This document shows, one piece after another, positions 55,162 to 64,000 of a DNA stretch of 64,000 nucleotides. Origin of the DNA: Paramecium tetraurelia (Eukaryota); assembly GCA_000165425.1 (NCBI GenBank), contig CT867997.1, positions 124,001 to 188,000 on the forward strand. The letters run 5' to 3'. How positions within the stretch are numbered: position 1 is the stretch's first letter; each line of letters begins with the position of its first letter. The notes under the pieces are model-generated. The model was given only the letters and a program-made list of their open reading frames with translations, was not told where the DNA came from and searched no databases. Both the position numbers and the translations under genes were made by a program.

Positions 55162-55409
55162 AAATTTATTATTAATTTCATTTTTATTTAATGATAAGTA
55201 AATTTTAATTATCCTGATTATTAAATAAAAATAAATTGAAGATACATATGATTAACCTATGTAATTGGAATTAGCATGATACTAAAAAGAAAAAATAACA
55301 AAATTCTTAGATTAAGTTTTTAGTGATACTTTAGTGATAAGGTCTAAATAAATAATTAGAAATTGTTATAAAGAGTAAATACAGTAAAGATTTACATTAA
55401 AATTTTTAA

Positions 55410-56250
55410 ATGGAACATATTTTAACATCCTTATTGCAAAATTAGCATCAGAGATAAATAAAGATACTGTTAATCTATTTTTCATTACTGATTTTTATAT
55501 ATAATACAACTGAATTTCAATGTTTTCTGAATCATTTTATTTATTCTCTCTAGACTTCTGTCAAATTTCCAGGATTTTTCTATGAAATACATATATAGCT
55601 ATAAAAATAAACAGTTTTTTATTGATTAAGTGATTCCGGATTCCATTGCAAGCCTTATAATTTTTTTTATTTTTAGTTTCACTTTTATCAAAGCCACACA
55701 TAACTCCCAACACTTTGTATATCAATTATATTTTGGATCTAAATATGTTTTTAGTACGGGAGAATTTGTTTGATAGGATTATATGGTTAGTCTTCATTTT
55801 CTGCAAAGTATGTATTTAAAGTAATTACCGAATAGTTCATCTAATATTCACGATAACAAATATTTCCGTATAAAAAAAATAGAAGAAAATACTGAAGAAC
55901 AAAGTACTTAATTTTTAAAGCAATAATAAAATTTAATTTTTGTATTGTTTGGGTAAAGTTAAGATTAATTTTATTTTTAAAATGTTTTAAAGTAGAAATA
56001 ATCCACGTAATATAGTATGTAGAATCATAGAAGTATTGGTGTTCATAAAGCGCATGTGATTAATGGATAGTTTATTAAGCCCAAACCAAATAAGAACTTA
56101 TTTTTTCTAATAATAATATTGGAATGTTTTGAAATATAGAAATTCATATTAATGTGCTAATTATCTTGAGTTAGTTTGACATAAAAAGATGCTAGATTTA
56201 GTAATTTTCATTTGAGAGACTTTATTCTAACAATTTATGGAAAGGATTGT
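55410..56250 (+). pseudogene. Decayed coding remnants
   Basis: MEHILTSLLQ... and later fragments interrupted by TGA and frameshifts. Confidence 0.35.
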
Positions 56251-56320
56251 TTGATTGCCTATCCAACAATTTATGTGATAAATCAATATTGTTCTAAAAT
56301 AATATTAAATATTAAATCAA

Positions 56321-56668
56321 ATGGGATGTGTTACAACCAAAAACAAGCCTATAACTTAGGAAGTCAAACCTCCCTTAAGCTAAAACTCTTAGCCATTAGA
56401 AGCAGATGATGAATTTAATTACCATAGTGCTCCTTAAAGTCCTGCTTTAAAAAAAATTGTCCGTATTGGTGCATTAACTCATGACGAAATTAAAGATTTT
56501 ATAACAGAAAGAAGACACTAAAATAATAGTACAAGAAGAATTGAACTAATGAAAAAAAGTGGCCGATATACCCCAACTATTATCTATAAATATAGACAGC
56601 AATCAGCCTCTTTTAGAAGCCCTTCAAAGGCTACTAATATATCACCAATCTAACCTACATAAAAATGA
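56321..56668 (+). CDS. 115-aa protein with MGC dual-acylation N-terminus
   Basis: MGCVTTKNKP...SPIQPTQK*, intronless. Confidence 0.8.
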
Positions 56669-57133
56669 AATAATAAAAACTTATTCTGTAGTAGATCCTG
56701 ATTTATTTTCATATTATTTTCTGATAAAAGATAATATCGATATTTATGATTTAAGATATTAATTATTAGTCGGCTCAAAATTCATTTATATTATATGAAA
56801 TGTATATAATAAAGAAAAAATATTCTTTAATTTTAATGATTATTAAGATATTTTAGCTCTTGTCAATTGATTGAATCAATTTAAATTTGAGTTCCATATA
56901 GTTAAATTAATAATAATAAAATTACAATAAATTAAAATTCACAAAGAGATAAAAAGAAATTATTATCCAAAGGTAAATATGATATGATAATTTATTATTA
57001 GTTAATATATATATACTAATTAATTCAATCAAATGATGTTTTAAATATAGATTAATTATACTTATTGGATTTTTTAGAAGATTATTTTTATAATTTTTAA
57101 AACAACATACTTCAAAACAATTTTTTCTAGTTG

Positions 57134-57859
57134 TCATTGATGAATTCCTAAATAAGTGGAGGCGGAAGACAATGAGTTTGATTATTTTTTTTTGAAGGAA
57201 AGAAAAATTGTATTATTTAATTGTAGAGCTTAGATGTTATTATTATCTCTGAATTATAGTTTTTATTCTAAAGATGTATATATATTAATTACCACTAAAA
57301 ATTTTAGGAAATCATCAAATTTTTGTGATTGGTACTTTAGAATTGTATTCATAAAAATGAATGCATCATGATAATTTAATAAATCTTCTCCGTCTTATTG
57401 AAATTTATTTAGTTCTAACCATATGCTAGCCATATATTATAAGTTTTCTTAACTTTCTTTTATAAAATTTTTTGTTTTATCAATTGAATTTCGTATAATT
57501 TCAGGTTTAGTCATAGTTTTGAAAAATTATTTTAGAACCATAAGATTGTTTATGTCATCAAATTAAGATTTTCGATTATAAGGTATCTTAAATTTCTAAC
57601 CTATAAATATGAATAATATCATCAAGATAATGTCTTCTTAATGGATGTTGTTATTATAAATTATTTTATGTATTTATTCTTTATCATCTACTGATAAATC
57701 CTCCATGATAAATTAAATTCGGTATTGTTGGTCAGAAGTTTCATTATCAATTTAAGTTTAAATCTTTTGCAAACTCATACATTGGCTATCGGTGTCGAAA
57801 TAAAAATGATCAAAAGAACGGCCGGGGCCCAAACTTTCGTTCTCAGAAAATTCATTCAT
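57134..57859 (-). CDS. Uncharacterised protein
   Basis: 726-nt code-6 ORF MNEFSENESLGPGRSFDHF...YLGIHQ*. Confidence 0.7.
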
Positions 57860-57895
57860 TTTTTTAATTATAATTAATATATAAAATTAAATCTC

Positions 57896-58691
57896 TCATT
57901 GTCTGTGCAAAGGATTCATGTAAAAATAGAAACCATCAATAAATGTAGGCCATGCTCCAGTTTTATAGTCATATTTGGCTAAATCTTCACCAATCTAAAC
58001 ACAAAATTCCCAAACCATATAATAAGTGTCTCTAGAGATGGGCTTGATATCTTTCTCTTCAATAGTCTAGATTTAATATGATTCATAATACGGCAACGTA
58101 ACTCATAAACTTCTTCATGATAGGGAAGGTATTTGTTAAAAGAGTATCCCATAATCCTTGGGCAATAGGTAGGTCAATATCTTTTCTGTTTTTCTTTTTT
58201 GCGAAGTCAAAACAATATTTATAAACCGCCTTTAAGATTTCTCTATTATTGTTTAGATCATCTCTAAGTCTTTTTAATTCTCTTTTCAAATCAGATGTCG
58301 ACTAAACTTTCAATTATGAAAATCCATAGAGAAAATCGAACTTAGTATAAATGCCCTTAAATCAAAATGATAATACCATAGTCTCACTTTTAAACATATA
58401 GGAAATATAAAGGATTACAGGGTCCATAATATCTATTCCTAAATCTTTACAAAACGATATGATTCCATTTTCATCAATTACCGATTGTCCATTTGTAATA
58501 TATTTTTTGAATTGCTCTTCTACCTTTACCCCAGATTTTTGGATCTCTAAGACAGAATTTGCAGCCTTTTATAAATTCCATTATGCTAAAGAAAGAATTT
58601 CTCTCGCTTGTAAGTCATTCAATTAGACAACTCTTTGAAGGTCCTTAATCATGATATCCTCCTAAGCCTAATTGGGCCTTTATTATTTCAT
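57896..58691 (-). CDS. DCN1: DCN1-like neddylation factor (UBA-like plus PONY domain)
   Basis: WNLQKAA UBA-like region; GIISFCKDLG; VYKYCFDFAK; ISRDTYYM; AWPTFIDGF. Confidence 0.95.
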
Positions 58692-58711
58692 TAATTTATT
58701 AAAATGAATAA

Positions 58712-59718
58712 TCAATATTTTTAATAAATTGTTTTAGAATGAATTCTGGGTTCTATAGATGTGTGAACGATTTCCTCTCTAGATTTACAAACATCAAGAG
58801 TATGCTTTCTGTGGAATAATTCTACATTGAAAACAGGTTGTTAATTTTTGACTTTCCTTTTTCTGAGTATAAAATCATTTAGTTATTTACATTAATTTTA
58901 ATGCTCATATTGCTTGTCTTATAAAGAAATACATACTTTTATTTTATGAAAGTAATCAGATATGAGCAATTACTAATCATTTAGCTGATCTTATAACTAT
59001 TAAATTAAAGTTTATTGCTTTTAAATGTCTAAACTCTAAGTTGCGTTGAATCTCTTGAGACATCTTTTTAGATTTTAATTTTCTTTTTTCAATTCAGTAT
59101 TCTCCCCTGAAATCTCTTGAACTTTTACATCCCTATTATTAAATGCCATTATACTTGCTATTCTAACTTTTCCTTTAGTGTCTTTTCAGATTCTTGTAAA
59201 CTAGAAATCAAACTGGAATGATCTGGAATCTTTGGCATAAATAGAAGATTGGAATCATAATCATCTTATTGAATTTTTAAACCTAAATCCGCAGTATACA
59301 ATTGCAGACAAACAAAGTAACTGCACAAACGATTCGCTTTTTATCTAAGCTTATTTGATAATGCTTTAAGTTGTGACAATTCTTATTCAAATTCAAATAG
59401 TAAGTCTTAATCTACATTAAGTTGTTTGCGAGGTAATTAGTGGTGTTCTTATGCTTTTAATTTAAACATTAACTACTAGATGATAGTTTCTTGCTCAAGG
59501 ATTAGATCATTATTGGAATCAACTTGTTTTTGAAGAGCAATGATTCTGGTTTTCAAATTTATAACCTCTGATTTATCTTTGATGAAGGATTCCTCGAGTT
59601 CATCTTAAACCTATGAAATCTAGAGTCTTATGGAATCCAAGAGCTAACTCTTTTTAAGTGTAAATTTGTTTTCTAAATAAACTTTATTCGATGCTTTGAT
59701 TCTTTCTGCTTCTTACAT
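58712..59718 (-). CDS. Coiled-coil protein, uncharacterised
   Basis: MQEAERIKASN... heptads; introns inferred. Confidence 0.75.
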
Positions 59719-59737
59719 TTTTTAATCAATTTAATTC

Positions 59738-60902
59738 ATGAGTAAAAAAGCCGAAAAAAAGAAATAAGAAAAAATAATCGCAGACAGAACATTTGGACTG
59801 AAAAATAAAAATAAGAGCAAACAAGTTTAAAAGTATGTGAGATAAAAGTGATTTTTAGTTTCTGTAAAGGAGTTGCTCAATAAGTTAAACATAGTGGTGT
59901 TTCATTATCAAAATTGTAGACAGAAGAATTTGAGAAGAAGAAACTCGAAAAATAATTAGAGGAAGATGAAAGGTTGATTCAATCTTTGTATAAAACAGTT
60001 GAATAAGTGAAAGAAGATGAGTCTGAAGAAGAGGTTGATCCCAAATCAATATTATGCGAATATTATAAATAAGGTAAATAGTAAGGAAATGGGTAGGTCT
60101 TTGTTAAAAGGGTAAGAAGTGTATGTACTCTCATGATATGAGTCTAGAATAAAAGACAGCAATTCTTGATTTATATACTGATTAAAGATAATAATTGACA
60201 GAAGAATGGGATACTTGTTAAACTTGGGATGAAAAGACCTTGAAAGATGTAATTGAAGCCAATGAAAAGACATATAAAAGGTATCTATTTCATTTAAATA
60301 ACATAGTTAAATTCCATCAGCAAAAGTGTGTGATTTCTTTTTGGATGCTTTGGAAAAAGGCAAATATGGTTGGAGATGGGTTTGTCCTAATGGTATGACA
60401 TGCCATTATAAACATTGTTTACCATAAGGATATGTTTTCAGAAGGAAAGAAGAAGTTAAATAAAAATATGATGGTGATATTGAAGAAGAAATAGATGAGG
60501 AAATTTAGAAGTTATAAAAAGGAGGAACTAAGATTACTAAGGATGTTTTTGAAAAGTGGAAGATAGAAAGAGCTGAGAAAAAAAAGTAAGAGGCTGAAAA
60601 ATAAAAGTTGGAAGAATAAAAGAAGAAAGGTTTAAATTAATTATTTAAACTTAGGTGCCAAATAGACAGGAGGAAGTGCCTAAATGACAGGAAGAGCTCT
60701 CTTTGTTTATGATCCAAGTTTATTCGTAGATGATGATGAGGCTGAAAATAAATATGAAAGAGAAGAATAAATTGATGAAGATGAGTAAGAAGAAGAAGAT
60801 GAGGAGGATAATGAAAATAAATAAAAACTATATGAAGGGGATGATAATCAACAACAAGATGAAGATGAAGAAGATTAATAATTTAAGTAACAATAATCAT
60901 GA
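59738..60902 (+). CDS. TMA46: CCCH zinc-finger protein ZC3H15/Tma46 (DFRP1)
   Basis: [73 protein letters not shown]; acidic tail. Confidence 0.96.
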
Positions 60903-61025
60903 TATATGTTTATTGCAGCATATCATTTCTATATTATTATCATAATTCTGTCTTACATTTAAATTGTCTTATAAAATTAATTAATAATTTCCTACATCTA
61001 TAATAAAGATTAATCCTATATTAAA

Positions 61026-62488
61026 TCAAGCAATATTCAAAAATTATTTATGTATCATCGTTCATCGCAAATACTATCTTCTTTCACATCAAATCCAATA
61101 CATTATTGCTATTACAAAGGCTGAGAGTTATTTAAAATAATATCACTAGCCATAAGTTCGTCATGAGTAACGAATGATTCTTATACTTCCTGCTATTCAA
61201 ATTGTTATTTCGTTTAGTTTAATGTCAGTGTGATATTATCAGGATGTTTGTAACTTGACTTTTAATTTTACTTCTTTTTCTTGGTGCATTAAAGTAAGAC
61301 TCTTCCAGTTTAGAATAAGACATTAGGTTGGGTTCCTTCATCAGGTATTCTCAGTATATCTTGATCTTGGGCCAGAACCAGAGTACCAAATTTGCTTTTG
61401 TTGTCTTGAACTCTTATTATGTAATCTGGAGTTTCTGGACTATGTTTGCTTGTAGGGATCAATTTAAGAATAGCATGTGCCCTTGATACAGATATGTCCC
61501 TTAATTTGATATCACAATCTGGAATCCTACCCTAGAAAATTACTATTTTAAAATACTATTTTTAATTCAGTTTTTTCACCGATCTCTACTACATAGATCA
61601 TAGCCTCTTTTGTTTTATCGTCATTTGTGATTTTGAAAGTGATATAAGATGATTTTGGTTTTGGCAATTTAAGAACCGAATATGTCTTATCTTAAAATTT
61701 GTAAGTGTTCCTAAATGTAGCCTTGCAAATTTCACAATCCAATCTCTTCCACAGATATTATATAGAATGCTCTCCTTGTTTAATTTTCAATTGTATTCCC
61801 ACCCATCTTTACAGACACTCCAAATGTATGTATTTAACTGATCCTCCACACTTACAAGGTCTTATCAAAGGATTTGTTTCAGTTGCTCTACTTGAAAAGC
61901 AAATCCTACAGTTAAACACATCGTTTATTGTTTAAACTTCGTCTTCCTATTCATCTTAATATTGTGTTGCTTCATCACATGGCGCCATAAATGCATATTC
62001 CAACAATTACATTCTCACTCTTCCTAATTTTATAATGTCTCCTATTTTTAAATCTCTATGCTAAATATATAATTAAATTAATACATCGATGGATGAAAAT
62101 TAATTGCTTTCTAATTTCAATACTGCCCATAATTTATGATCTTGCTATTGAGATATACAGTTAATATAAGCTTCCTGTTCATTCAAAGTGATATTCACCA
62201 ATTCAATCTAATTCCGAGCCCATTCAGTTTAGGTTAATGCCAGTAGTTCTTTGTCCACTATTGCTATTTAAGCTAAAGATGTAATTCTAAACAAAATACA
62301 TGAAAAATCAACTTCGATTTCTTTTACAAAATATGAATTGGAGTCAAAGTCGAATAAATTATGTTAATTCTTTGGCCAAATTACTGCTACAATATGAACT
62401 CTATATTAGTGACATTTACCTACTTATAAGGCATTAAAGTTCTATTAATCTCGTATCTTTTTATTTTTGTTGATGTGCAAGCTCCCAT
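61026..62488 (-). CDS. RINGv plus FHA domain E3 ligase, N-terminal MGACTS
   Basis: IGDIIKLGRV; CRICF..PCKCGGSVKYIHLECLQRW..CEICK; GRIPDCDIKLRDISVSRAHA..DNKSKFGT. Confidence 0.94.
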
Positions 62489-63121
62489 AAATAATTTATT
62501 TTTATTTATTAAATATTATTTTCTTATTTAATATGAATCTAATTAATAATGACGGATTAAATTGGATTTCCTAAAATAGTTTCCAATTAATTTCCCCCAA
62601 GTGATAATTTAATTTAACTCTTCAACTTTATAAGTTCATCTTTATATTCAACTACATTAAAATGGAAGAAAAATATGAATCATTCAACAACTAAGCAATA
62701 TACTAATTAGGAATGCTTATAATTTAATTTTATCAAACTATGGATAATTATTTCCATCATTCTTTTTAAAAAATATACTATAAAATTATTTGAATTTAAT
62801 AATAAAATAATGAAATATAAATCAATCTCAAATCCATAAACTACTTTTAGAAATATATTAATTGGTATTAATACTAAGAGTATAAAGTATTGTTTACTCT
62901 AATGTTAATATATACATCAATAATTAATTAAGGCGCGTATTTGAAGGTATTTTTATTAACAAATATTTCTAAAAAAATGTTTATATATATAGATTTCAGA
63001 AATGTTTAAGAGGCAAATTCATAGTTTATTTAAACAATTTTAAATTATCAAATTGTTGTATATTGGTTGTTAATTTATATTATAAATTACTATATTTTAG
63101 AAATAATAAATTAAATTTAAA

Positions 63122-64000
63122 ATGTCCTTGGAACGAATGAGAAAGAGTATTCAAATAATCTTTGGAATTGATAAGAATAAAACGACTAGAGAACCGTTAA
63201 TTCAAGAGAGAATTTAGCAAGAATTTTTATTTGATTCAAAAATGAATGAGTAACATCAAAATAAATTCTCAATGATGAATCAATAAAGGAAGAGATCTAA
63301 CTAATATTATTATGCTTTAGATAGATTGAGGACATTTTATTAAAATAAAGCCTAAAATAATGAATATGAACAAATTCCTGTCATCACATATCTTGGAGAT
63401 AATACAGAAGTAATTGGGTTATTTCAAGTAATAGAAAAAACTAAATTTGAATATGAATCATGCTAGATGGAATTAGTAAGATCGATTTCATGATAATGAC
63501 AGCTCCAATTATAGTTCATAGTTTGGTGAAAAATTAGTTCAAAAAAGTTCTAATCTAATGGCTAGCGTGAGCAAACAGGATTTTAAGCCTTACTATGTTC
63601 AAGAGTAATATCGAGATAATAGTAATAACTAATAATAGTCGATATCTTAATAGCATCAAAATAATCTATTGTAGTCTCAAAGACAATAAACAATTTTTGG
63701 CGGAAACAGGTCCAAAGTTCATTTTTTCAGGGAAGACAAATAATCAAGATCTAAAAGCAGTAAACCAGAATCTAACTTTAAAAGATTAGGAGGAATATTG
63801 GAGGATGACTTTTTCATTCCTTCTTTTTTAAAAGATCAAGATGCTCAAGATAAAAAGTAGAACCAAAAAGAGGTTTAATCTAATAATAAGTTTATAGGGA
63901 TTTAACCATATAATACCACCAATTTAAATAAAATCAATGCTGCAGAATCTTAAATATAATTAAGTGGATTTCAGCAGGATTTTAATGAATTTCATGCTTT
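63122..64000 (+). CDS. 5' part of an uncharacterised gene running off the window
   Basis: MSLERMRKSIQIIFG..., one 25-nt intron, open to the window end in code 6. Confidence 0.75.

Noticed and set aside
56035..56095. GVHKAHVING resembling an acetylglutamate kinase/ArgA motif
   Set aside because: A single short match in a broken frame with no other family motifs.

Overview
Eukaryotic, very AT-rich, gene-dense ciliate DNA, almost certainly Paramecium macronuclear sequence (probably aurelia group; the species cannot be determined by eye). TAA/TAG read as Gln and TGA is the only stop (genetic code 6). Introns are 20-35 nt GT..AG, and many intergenic spacers are only 20-100 nt. The supplied standard-code ORF track therefore fragments most genes. 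Hand re-translation gives about 40 genes, including PP2C, N-myristoyltransferase, a Qc-SNARE, an aspartic protease, a cNMP-binding protein, a PAH-less Sin3-like protein, an R1R2R3 Myb, RPS28, an Aurora-like kinase, a TMEM33-like protein, two FHA+RINGv ligases, RPA43-like, TCBP-25-like, ODA-DC2-like, Rab2-like, RBM25, DCN1 and TMA46. Several belts of decayed pseudogenes and three N-gaps are also present. Most notable are (1) an intronless, secreted 140-aa RlpA/double-psi-barrel protein with bacterial-type lytic-transglycosylase motifs, isolated in a pseudogene belt, and (2) a ~1000-aa protein with a lone TFIIS central domain fused to a Q-rich coiled coil. All calls come from manual translation and motif recall, with no database searches. 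Exon boundaries are approximate where stated.
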